Source of the DNA: a virus
Lineage: Duplodnaviria; Caudoviricetes
Virus record (IMG/VR): IMGVR_UViG_3300020440_000034
Span: 1 to 38,998 of that record
Length of the DNA stretch: 38,998 nt
Direction: 5' to 3' (one strand)
Positions 9,240 to 17,569 of this stretch are shown here, in pieces. The translations under genes were made by a program, and so were the position numbers. The notes beneath the pieces were generated by a model, which worked only from the letters and a program-made list of their open reading frames with translations, ran no database searches and was not told the DNA's origin. Each line of letters starts with the position of its first letter. Within the stretch, counting starts at the first letter, position 1.

Positions 9240-9833
9240 ATGATTATCGGAATTTGCGGTTTAATTGGCAGTGGTAAAGACACTATTGCAGATATACTTG
9301 TACAGGAAAAAAACTTTGAAAAATTATCCTTTGCAGATAAATTAAAAGACGGTGTTGCTAGTGTATTTGGATGGGATAGACAAATGCTAGAGGGCAAAAC
9401 TAACTCAAGTAGAAACTGGCGAGAAGAAGAAGATACGTTTTGGACCAAAGAAACAGGACGCAGTATAACCCCAAGACTAATATTGCAAGAATTTGGCACA
9501 GATTGTATGCGAAAAGGCTTTTACGACGGTGTATGGGTAAGTTTAGTCAAAAAACATGTGTTAGATCATCCACATAAAAATTTTGTTATTCCTGATGTCC
9601 GGTTTGAAAATGAAGCAAATATGATACATAGCATCAACGGTCAAGTATGGCGTGTTAGGAAAGGACCTGATCCTGTTTGGTTTAGATTGTATACTGACCT
9701 TGGACAAGAACCAACCGATGTGCATGAGTCAGAATGGAGATGGGCAAACGTTAATTTCAACAAAGTTATAGATAATAACAACACACTACTTGAACTTAGA
9801 AGTCAGGTAAAAGGTCTCCTTGCTTCCATTTAA
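9240..9833 (+). CDS. gp1: Deoxynucleoside monophosphate kinase (T4 gp1-like)
   Basis: P-loop GLIGSGKDT, SFADKLK, TPRLILQEFGTD and IPDVRFENE. Confidence 0.92.
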   Translation: MIIGICGLIGSGKDTIADILVQEKNFEKLSFADKLKDGVASVFGWDRQMLEGKTNSSRNWREEEDTFWTKETGRSITPRLILQEFGTDCMRKGFYDGVWVSLVKKHVLDHPHKNFVIPDVRFENEANMIHSINGQVWRVRKGPDPVWFRLYTDLGQEPTDVHESEWRWANVNFNKVIDNNNTLLELRSQVKGLLASI

Positions 9834-10131
9834 CCCCTTGTTTTTGTAATAAACGTTGGCAGTTAGCACATATTGTTTTAAGATTACTAGGCCTACAATT
9901 TAGCAAGTCACCGTCAATATGAAAAACATTAAACTGTTCGGCGTACTTACTTTCAAATGCACATTTTTCGCAATAGTCTTTTTTATCATAACCTTTTTGT
10001 TTCCATAATGGTATACCATAATTAACACCGTTGCGTAAACATCTTTCGCATAACTTCCTATAAAAAGTCTTTCCGTCTTTTTTATAGTTTATTGCACAAG
10101 GACGTTGTTTGCATTTACATAAAGGTCTCAT
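9796..10131 (-). CDS. Zn-finger HNH endonuclease-like protein
   Basis: N-terminal Cys cluster, then CEKC...FHIDGDLLNCRPSNLKTICANCQ. A minus-strand GGTAAATA at 10136-10143 lies just upstream. Confidence 0.75.
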   Translation of the reverse strand: MRPLCKCKQRPCAINYKKDGKTFYRKLCERCLRNGVNYGIPLWKQKGYDKKDYCEKCAFESKYAEQFNVFHIDGDLLNCRPSNLKTICANCQRLLQKQGVKWKQGDLLPDF

Positions 10132-10198
10132 ATTGTATTTACCTCACCTTTATGGTGCCTTTTTCTGGGCTGATATCAGCTGGTATTTAAAAATTTAT

Positions 10199-10206
10199 GC
10201 TAAATA
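10199..10206 (+). promoter_or_regulatory. Late promoter (GCTAAATA)
   Basis: TAAATA core upstream of the sheath RBS AGGAG. Confidence 0.65.
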
Positions 10207-10242
10207 ATAATAACAAAGTAATGTCCACGATAGGAGAATAAC

Positions 10243-13200
10243 ATGGCACTAGTATCCCCAGGCGTACAGGTAAGCGTAGTAGACGAAAGTTTTTACACAC
10301 CCGCTGAACCCGGTACAACACCAATGATCTTTGTTGCTTCGGCACAAGATAAAACAAATGCAGCAGGCACAGGTACAGCACCTGGCACTACAGCGGCAAA
10401 TGCAGGAGTTCCATATCTGTTAACAAGTCAAAGAGACTTAGCAGATACATTTGGAGATCCAATTTTCAAATCTGATTCAAATAACAATATGATACACGGT
10501 GGCGAACTTAACGAATACGGTTTGCAAGCTGCATATTCATACTTAGGTGTAGCGAACAGAGCTTTTGTAGTAAGAGCAGATGTTGACCTAGCAGAACTAG
10601 AACCAAGTGCAACAGCACCAGCTGCAAATCCAACAGATGGTACTTACTGGTTAGATACCGCAAATACATTATGGGGAATTCAAGAATGGAATGGTGCAAG
10701 TGTTTTAAATTCAGGACAGGTATTTACAAATAAAGTACCTATCGTAATTACAGACAGCTCCGATTTAACAAACACAGGCTCTTTAGTAACTAATGGATAT
10801 GCTGGGGAAATTCCATCTGCTACTATAGGATCAACTGGATCATATGCTGTAGTTGCAACTACAACATTAATTAGAATTTTTTATAGAAATTCATCTGGTA
10901 CATGGGTACTTGTAGGAAGTGATGTTTGGATAAAAGCATGGCCAACAATTACAGGCACAGCGTCTAATCCAACTTTTGCAGGAACAGCTGCAATCACAAT
11001 TAACGGTACAAGTGTTACTGTTAACAGCTCTGATACTGTTTCAGATGTAGTTTCAACAATAAACGGATTAAGTATACCGGGAATTACTGCAAAAGCAACA
11101 GATCTAAAATTAGAAATTTTTAGTGACGGGTCAAGTTCAGGTGCAGATGATAGTTCATTAGGCGGTCCAATAATAATTGGAGGCGATGCAACTAGATTAG
11201 GCGAATTAGGAATAGCAGTAGGAACATATTATCCACCAGCACTACAAATTGGCAAGCACACAAGCATACCCGAATGGAAGTCAGGTGACACATACACACG
11301 CCCAACTGGTTCAATTTGGTTAAAAACTACAACACCTAACTTAGGTGCAAGTTTGATATTGAAAAAATGGAATGATGCAACTAAACTTTGGGAAACTGTT
11401 TCAACGCCATTGTATAGTGATAACCAAACAGCATTGTATGAGTTAGATCCAACAACAGGTGGATCAGGTTTACTTACTGGTGCAGTCTATGCAGAAACAA
11501 ATGTAGCAGGCGATACACAACCATTAGCAACTATTAAACTACAAAAGCGTAGAGGAGTAGCACCTACATCTATAACAGGCGGAAAAATTGTAGCTGGTTC
11601 AATATCTGTAGGAAGTCAAAGTTTCACAATTAGTGCAACAGACAATGGTAGTTCTGCATTTAGTACTCCAATACCAATTACATATGTCTACACTGGTGCA
11701 GCTTCAGACGCAACTGCACTAGCAGGTACAATTAATAGTGTTAATATTGAAAATGTATCAGCGTCAGTTGACGCACAAAATAGAGTTACAATTAGTCATG
11801 CACTAGGTGGCGAAATTAGATTTGTTGATACCGACGGTGTATTATTAGCCGCAGGATTTACACCATATGTTAGTCCAACAGCAGGAACACCTAACTTAAT
11901 TTATGTTCCTGGCACATCTAGTTCAACAAGTCCAAAACAATTCCAAGCAACTTTATGGTCTCCTGTAAATGATGCTGGCAATGGCTTCTATACAGCAAAG
12001 CCTACAGAAGTTAAAGCAGGCACTGCAAACGGTAGACTTTGGTACAACTCAATTGTTGATGAAGTTGATATTTTAGTACACAACGGCAGTGAATGGGTTG
12101 GATTACTATATGATGGTTCAAGTGGTCAAAGTTCAACAGCATCCCCATTTTATAATGCAGATAGCTCAAAAACTCCAGATCCAGAAGGTCCTATTGTTAG
12201 TGCAACTGCACCATTAGCTCAAAGCGACGGCACTGCACTTGTTAACGGAGACATTTGGATTGGAACTGCAGACTTAGACAATTATCCAAGAATTTACAAA
12301 TATCGTGGAGATAGAACAGACTTACCAATTGCAAACAGATGGCTTTTGATAGACAGTGGTGATCAAACTTCAGAAAACGGAATACTATTTGCTGATGTGA
12401 GATATAGTGACTCAGGTGCATCAAGTGCAACAGCAGCTACTATTCCAGATTTACTTGTAAGTGATTTTGTTGATTTTGATTGTCCAGATCCTGCACTGTA
12501 TCCAAAAGGAATGTTGTTATACAATCTAAGACGTAGCGGATTTAATGTAAAGAAATATGTTAAAAACTATGTCAACACAGCTGGCAATAACCAAAGATAT
12601 GGTAGTGGCACTGGCGAATCTCAAGCAGCATACTATGCAGATCGTTGGGTAACCGAAAGTGCTAACCAAGAAGACGGTTCGGGTACATTCGGACGTAAGG
12701 CACAGCGTAAGGTTGTTGTACAAGCACTACAGGCACTAGTAAATAGTAATCAGGACATTAGAGATGATGAATCAAGATTGTTTAACTTAATGGCGTGTCC
12801 TGCTTATCCAGAACTAATTGGCGAAATGAAATCATTAAACTATGATAGAGGCTTGTCAGCTTTTGTACTTGGTGATTCTCCATTCCGTTTAACAAGTGAT
12901 GCAACTTCATTAAATAATTGGGCAACAAACGTTAACCTAGCAGTAGAAGATAATGATAACGGACTTGTTACTTCTGATCCATATTTGGCAGTTTATTACC
13001 CAAGTGGGTTCACTAGTGATAACTTTGGTAACAATGTTGTTGTTCCATCCTCGCACATGATGATGAGAACTATTGCACTTAGTGACCAAGTTTCGTTTCC
13101 ATGGTTTGCACCAGCAGGTACAAGACGTGGTGGAATAACAAATGCAAGTTCAACAGGATTTATTACTAGCGAAGGCGAATTTAAATCAGTAGCATTAAAC

Positions 13201-13632
13201 GAAGGTACTAGAGATACATTGTATGCAAACAATGTAAACCCGATTACATTTATCACAGGTGCTGGATTGGTTGCATTCGGACAGAAAACAAGACAGCTTG
13301 CAGCAAGTTCTTTGGATAGAATCAATGTTGCTAGACTTGTAATTTACTTACGCAGTCAGCTTAATACGCTTGCTAAACCTTACTTGTTCGAACCAAACGA
13401 TAAAATTACACGTGATGAGATCAAAGGTGCTGCAGAAAGCCTAATGCTTGAGCTAGTAGGTCAAAGAGCACTATATGACTTCTTAGTTGTATGTGACGAA
13501 TCCAACAATACACCTAGCAGAATAGATAGAAGTGAACTACACTTAGACATTGCTATTGAACCTGTCAAGGCAGTTGAATTTATTTACATTCCATTAAGAC
13601 TTAAGAATACTGGTGAAATTGCAGGATTATAA
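10243..13632 (+). CDS. gp18: Tail sheath protein (gp18), enlarged
   Basis: LVSPGVQVSVVDES start; C-terminal PWFAPAGTRRG, LYANNVNPI, GQKT, DRINVARL, FEPND, VCDESNNT, PVKAVEFIYI. Confidence 0.96.
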   Translation: MALVSPGVQVSVVDESFYTPAEPGTTPMIFVASAQDKTNAAGTGTAPGTTAANAGVPYLLTSQRDLADTFGDPIFKSDSNNNMIHGGELNEYGLQAAYSYLGVANRAFVVRADVDLAELEPSATAPAANPTDGTYWLDTANTLWGIQEWNGASVLNSGQVFTNKVPIVITDSSDLTNTGSLVTNGYAGEIPSATIGSTGSYAVVATTTLIRIFYRNSSGTWVLVGSDVWIKAWPTITGTASNPTFAGTAAITINGTSVTVNSSDTVSDVVSTINGLSIPGITAKATDLKLEIFSDGSSSGADDSSLGGPIIIGGDATRLGELGIAVGTYYPPALQIGKHTSIPEWKSGDTYTRPTGSIWLKTTTPNLGASLILKKWNDATKLWETVSTPLYSDNQTALYELDPTTGGSGLLTGAVYAETNVAGDTQPLATIKLQKRRGVAPTSITGGKIVAGSISVGSQSFTISATDNGSSAFSTPIPITYVYTGAASDATALAGTINSVNIENVSASVDAQNRVTISHALGGEIRFVDTDGVLLAAGFTPYVSPTAGTPNLIYVPGTSSSTSPKQFQATLWSPVNDAGNGFYTAKPTEVKAGTANGRLWYNSIVDEVDILVHNGSEWVGLLYDGSSGQSSTASPFYNADSSKTPDPEGPIVSATAPLAQSDGTALVNGDIWIGTADLDNYPRIYKYRGDRTDLPIANRWLLIDSGDQTSENGILFADVRYSDSGASSATAATIPDLLVSDFVDFDCPDPALYPKGMLLYNLRRSGFNVKKYVKNYVNTAGNNQRYGSGTGESQAAYYADRWVTESANQEDGSGTFGRKAQRKVVVQALQALVNSNQDIRDDESRLFNLMACPAYPELIGEMKSLNYDRGLSAFVLGDSPFRLTSDATSLNNWATNVNLAVEDNDNGLVTSDPYLAVYYPSGFTSDNFGNNVVVPSSHMMMRTIALSDQVSFPWFAPAGTRRGGITNASSTGFITSEGEFKSVALNEGTRDTLYANNVNPITFITGAGLVAFGQKTRQLAASSLDRINVARLVIYLRSQLNTLAKPYLFEPNDKITRDEIKGAAESLMLELVGQRALYDFLVVCDESNNTPSRIDRSELHLDIAIEPVKAVEFIYIPLRLKNTGEIAGL

Positions 13633-13637
13633 AAAAT

Positions 13638-13645
13638 GATAAATA
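13638..13645 (+). promoter_or_regulatory. Late promoter (GATAAATA)
   Basis: Sits between the sheath stop and the tube RBS AGGAG. Confidence 0.75.
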
Positions 13646-13668
13646 CTTTTAGATTAGGAGCAAATTAA

Positions 13669-14298
13669 ATGGCAATATCAACACTATCAAAAATCACAGT
13701 GCCTTTGGCGAGCGGAGATTCCGCTAGTAACCAAGGCTTGTTGATGCCAAAACTTCAGTATCGCTTTAGAGTGTCACTTGAAAATTTTGGAGTTTCAACA
13801 CCAACAACAGAACTAACTAAACAAGTAATTGATGTAGCTCGTCCAAATGTGTCATTCGAAAAAATGACTATAGACATTTACAACTCAAGAGTATACCTAG
13901 CAGGTAAACACACTTGGGATCCAATTACACTTAACTTGCGTGAAGATGTAAACAACAACGTGCAAAAACTTGTTGGTGAACAACTTCAGAAACAATTTGA
14001 CTTCTTTGAACAGTCAAGTGCGGCAAGTGGACAGGATTACAAATTTACAAGTAGAATTGAAATACTAGACGGCGGTAACGGTGCTAACACACCTACTGTG
14101 CTAGAAACATTTGAATTATACGGCTGTTACTTAGAGAGTGCAAACTATAACAGTTTAGCATATTCTAATTCAACAGATCCAGTAAGCATAGCACTAAGCA
14201 TACAGTACGATAATGCAGTACAATCACCACAAGGTACAGGAATTGGTACAGCTATTGGACGTACAGTGAATACATTAGTAACAGGCGGCGGCGCCTAA
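13669..14298 (+). CDS. gp19: Tail tube protein (gp19)
   Basis: Directly after the sheath; PKLQYRFRV, RPNVSF, YLAGKHTWDPITL, FELYGCY, IQYDNA. Confidence 0.9.
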   Translation: MAISTLSKITVPLASGDSASNQGLLMPKLQYRFRVSLENFGVSTPTTELTKQVIDVARPNVSFEKMTIDIYNSRVYLAGKHTWDPITLNLREDVNNNVQKLVGEQLQKQFDFFEQSSAASGQDYKFTSRIEILDGGNGANTPTVLETFELYGCYLESANYNSLAYSNSTDPVSIALSIQYDNAVQSPQGTGIGTAIGRTVNTLVTGGGA

Positions 14299-14322
14299 AC
14301 AATAAATTTAAGTTCCTAATCT

Positions 14323-14358
14323 ATAGGGGGTACTTTTTTAAGTACCCCTTATTCTTTT
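14323..14358 (+). terminator. Rho-independent terminator after the tail tube gene
   Basis: 13-bp stem ATAGGGGGTACTT/AAGTACCCCTTAT (one G-U pair), 4-nt loop, followed by TCTTTT. Confidence 0.8.
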
Positions 14359-14379
14359 ATATACGCACTTTTTAATTTG

Positions 14380-14387
14380 GATAAATA
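14380..14387 (+). promoter_or_regulatory. Late promoter (GATAAATA), near-leaderless transcript
   Basis: Box ends 5 nt before the ATG at 14393; no RBS. Confidence 0.75.
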
Positions 14388-14392
14388 TTAGT

Positions 14393-15658
14393 ATGGGAAA
14401 GTTCACAGGATTTTTAGATAATTTAGCAAGCGGAGCATTAGGTCCAAAAGGAAACCTTGGTGACTTTAGACACGCAAGTAAAACATTTGTTACAGATGCT
14501 TTTAGATTAGCTCCTAAAACAAAATTTCTTTATCACGTATTTTTTGAAATAAATGATCAACCTGCAAGTATTTTGCCTGAATTAAAACAAAGACACAATA
14601 GAGAGATTGGGCTACTTGTAAAGAGTGCAGATTTGCCTAAATATACCGCAACAGTTGACACAAAGAAAAAATACAACAGGATAAAAAATGTACAAACTAG
14701 CATTTCATATAATCCATGTAATATCTCCTTTCATGATGACAATTTAGGTGTAACTAGTGCATTGATGGAAGCCTATTATAGGTATTATTTTGCAGACGGA
14801 AATTATGGGTCACGTCCAGAAGCATATAACAGACAAGTAAGTAAAACTGCTGCTGGAGATAATACATACGCCGGAAAAGAAAGAAACAAATATGCTTATG
14901 GATTAGATAATAATCAAAACGAACCGTTTTTTAAAAGTATACAAATTAGCCAGCTTACACGGAAAACATTCACTACATATACATTAGTAAATCCTACTGT
15001 TACAGATTGGGGTCACGATAGTGTAGATAGTGCAGATGGAAGTGGAACTATGGCAAATAATATGACTATTGCATACGAAGCAGTGTGGTATGATAGAGGC
15101 AAAATAGGAGTAGATAATCCAAAAGGTTTCGGAGATCCGTCACACTATGACACAACACCTAGTCCAGCAAGTTTGTTAGGTGGAGGTTCGCTAGGAATAG
15201 GCGGAGCAATTGGTGCTGGTATAAGTTTATATGATTTCATTACTAATGACGGCGGATTTAACAGTCCTCTTGAAGCAGGATTAGCAGCCGCAAATTTGGT
15301 TGCAAATGTACGTAACTTGAGTAGTGAAGGTATTAGGGCAGAAGGATTTAGTTTGCTTACAGGAGCAATAGGCGCGGCAGCTGGTACAGATGTAAGCGGA
15401 GTTGCAAACACATTTTTTCCAAAGAATGGTGGTAGCGGAGGAGCAAAAGATCTTGTTCTTGCAACAGCAGCAGTTGCAGGATTACAAGCAGTAACACAAG
15501 CAGTAAATAACAGTGATGCGGCCAAGGAAAGTGCTGCAAAAGCGGCATTTACTAAAACACACCAAGCTAACGGTGGAACTGGAGGAGTCAACGGTGCTAA
15601 TGCAGCATATGCCGCACTATCTTCATCAGCACAGCAAGCACTTAAGGATGCTACATAA
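14393..15658 (+). CDS. Tube-fold baseplate/tail tube initiator protein (gp54/gp48-like)
   Basis: LVKSADLPKY...YNR....ISYNPCNISFHDD...YTLVNP...MTIAYE tube-like domain followed by a Gly/Ala-rich tail. Confidence 0.65.
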   Translation: MGKFTGFLDNLASGALGPKGNLGDFRHASKTFVTDAFRLAPKTKFLYHVFFEINDQPASILPELKQRHNREIGLLVKSADLPKYTATVDTKKKYNRIKNVQTSISYNPCNISFHDDNLGVTSALMEAYYRYYFADGNYGSRPEAYNRQVSKTAAGDNTYAGKERNKYAYGLDNNQNEPFFKSIQISQLTRKTFTTYTLVNPTVTDWGHDSVDSADGSGTMANNMTIAYEAVWYDRGKIGVDNPKGFGDPSHYDTTPSPASLLGGGSLGIGGAIGAGISLYDFITNDGGFNSPLEAGLAAANLVANVRNLSSEGIRAEGFSLLTGAIGAAAGTDVSGVANTFFPKNGGSGGAKDLVLATAAVAGLQAVTQAVNNSDAAKESAAKAAFTKTHQANGGTGGVNGANAAYAALSSSAQQALKDAT

Positions 15659-16020
15659 TGTCAAGTTTACCAAAAAAAGAAACAACGTCAGAAGGCAGAA
15701 CTACAGAATTTTTTGACAAATATTTTACAAAAAAATTAAGTTTTCCTACCAATGAAGTTGATGCTGTAATAGGTTTCTTTTTGAAAAGAGGCTTTGATAA
15801 AACAGCTGCTCAAAGTACATCAACAGTTTTACTAGAGCAAGCAAAAATAGATAATGTTAATATTTTCACGCTTTTAGATACTCTTAAAGGTTTAACTGAA
15901 GTACAATTAAGCACAGTGGTTGCCGAAGTGCTTAATTACAACAGAGATTCAACGTCAAGTGTAGGTTTTAAACGTACTGCAACTGTAGATAAAATTGAAA
16001 AACGTAACATAGTGGTTTAA
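15658..16020 (+). CDS. Hypothetical virion-module protein
   Basis: 120-aa ORF coupled by TAATG to the previous gene. Confidence 0.75.
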   Translation: MSSLPKKETTSEGRTTEFFDKYFTKKLSFPTNEVDAVIGFFLKRGFDKTAAQSTSTVLLEQAKIDNVNIFTLLDTLKGLTEVQLSTVVAEVLNYNRDSTSSVGFKRTATVDKIEKRNIVV

Positions 16021-16024
16021 TGCT

Positions 16025-16459
16025 ATGGCTAGGTTTGCACAAGGTAAATTTAATCAAAAAAATCCAAACAAATATGTAGGAAGAAAAACACCAACCTATA
16101 GAAGTAGTTGGGAATTTGCATTTATGCGTTTTTGTGATGAACATCCTAACGTAGCTCAATGGGCTAGTGAAGCAATAAGAATACCTTACAGAAATCCGTT
16201 TACGGGCAAACATACAATTTATGTTCCGGATTTTTTTGTTGCATATGTTGATAAAAATGGAAAGCAGAGAGTAGAATTAATAGAAGTAAAACCTGCTAAT
16301 CAAACACATAGAGACAAATTAGGAAAAAGTAGAGCTAATCAAGCAAGTTATATACTTAATCAAGCCAAATGGTCAGCAGCAAATGCATATTGTAAACAAC
16401 AAGGCATGATATTTAGGGTTGTAAACGAAACAGATATTTTCCATCAAGGGTCAAGATAG
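16025..16459 (+). CDS. gp4: Head completion nuclease (gp4-like, TnsA-type PD-(D/E)xK)
   Basis: NPNKYVG..YRSSWE..FM.FCD, WASE...IPY, YVPDF, IEVKP, NQAKW.AA. Confidence 0.9.
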   Translation: MARFAQGKFNQKNPNKYVGRKTPTYRSSWEFAFMRFCDEHPNVAQWASEAIRIPYRNPFTGKHTIYVPDFFVAYVDKNGKQRVELIEVKPANQTHRDKLGKSRANQASYILNQAKWSAANAYCKQQGMIFRVVNETDIFHQGSR

Positions 16460-16467
16460 TATAAATA
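16460..16467 (+). promoter_or_regulatory. Late promoter (TATAAATA)
   Basis: Exact T4 late consensus upstream of 16492. Confidence 0.8.
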
Positions 16468-16491
16468 TTAGTAGTTAATGCGAGATTATAC

Positions 16492-16983
16492 ATGACAAAA
16501 AAACTTGAAGAACTATTAAATTTGCCTGATTCAAAAGAAATTATTCAAGAATCAAAAAATACTGAGAAGGCACAAGCAGCTATTGTTGAGCAAAACGATA
16601 CTGCACGTGATATATCTGAACTAGACAAGATTGCTAGTGCGTTACCTGCTGTGAAGGGACTAGGCGAATTAGCTGACAAAGAATTAAATGAAGTTGCTGA
16701 CAAAGCTATGACTGCATATGATGATCTTATGGACCTAGGTATGAATGTAGAAAGCAGATATAGTGGCAGAGTTTTTGAAGTCGCCGGTAATATGCTTAAA
16801 ACAAGTTTAGATGCTAAGACAGCAAAACTAGATAAAAAGTTAAAAATGATCGAGCTACAACTTAGAAAAGAAAAACAAGATAAAGATAGCAACGGTATTG
16901 AAGGAGATGTAATACCTGGACAAGGTTATGTAGTTACAGATCGTAATAGTTTGCTTGAAAAACTTAAGAATATGGATAAATAA
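16492..16983 (+). CDS. gp16: Terminase small subunit (gp16-like)
   Basis: RVFEVAGNMLKT...LDKKLK and C-terminal VTDRNSLLEKLK resemble marine T4-like TerS; lies upstream of TerL. Confidence 0.6.
   Translation: MTKKLEELLNLPDSKEIIQESKNTEKAQAAIVEQNDTARDISELDKIASALPAVKGLGELADKELNEVADKAMTAYDDLMDLGMNVESRYSGRVFEVAGNMLKTSLDAKTAKLDKKLKMIELQLRKEKQDKDSNGIEGDVIPGQGYVVTDRNSLLEKLKNMDK
16975..16982 (+). promoter_or_regulatory. Late promoter (GATAAATA)
   Basis: Overlaps the stop of the previous gene; precedes the AGGA RBS of 17004. Confidence 0.7.
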
Positions 16984-17003
16984 CATTATAGTAGGATCGA
17001 ATC

Positions 17004-17567
17004 ATGAAAGCATTTAAAGAATATTTAACAGAGTCTAAAAAGACATATAAATTTAAAGTAAGAGTAGCCGGTGATTTGCCAGAAAATTTCGCTGATAAAC
17101 TAGACAGGTCTCTAACAAAATTTGAAGTTATATCTGTTAGCACAGGAAAGAAAACTCCAATTACAGAAAAACCTTTAGATTTCCCACAACTATCAAATTG
17201 CGAAGTTACACACTACGATGTCGAAGTAAGTTATCCAGTTACAGCGTATGTATTAGAACAATACCTTGTTGACGAAACTGGCACTGCACACGCTAACTTA
17301 ATTGTACGCGGAGAAGGCGATCCTGTAGAAGCACAACAAATGGAAGTTGCGGATGAAAAAGCACCATATGAGTCTTTATTAAATACAGAAGACATGGGCG
17401 GCGAAAGCGCACAAGATAAAGTTGCTAACAATAGAACTATGGACCTACTAAAAGAATTAGAAGTTGCACGTAAAGAAAGATCCATTGACCCTATAGACGG
17501 TATTAAGCCTGGAGAGTCAAAGGATATTAGTGCAGATGAAAACACAAAAAGCACTATAGGAAGTTAA
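17004..17567 (+). CDS. Putative head-associated protein
   Basis: N-terminus MKAFKEYLTE resembles the T4 capsid-targeting/gp21-cleavage leader; has a late promoter. Confidence 0.55.
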   Translation: MKAFKEYLTESKKTYKFKVRVAGDLPENFADKLDRSLTKFEVISVSTGKKTPITEKPLDFPQLSNCEVTHYDVEVSYPVTAYVLEQYLVDETGTAHANLIVRGEGDPVEAQQMEVADEKAPYESLLNTEDMGGESAQDKVANNRTMDLLKELEVARKERSIDPIDGIKPGESKDISADENTKSTIGS

Positions 17568-17569
17568 TC

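Noticed and set aside
16025-16459. Tn7 TnsA transposase
   Set aside because: It shares the fold, but size, motifs and context match phage gp4; no tnsB/C or transposon ends are present.
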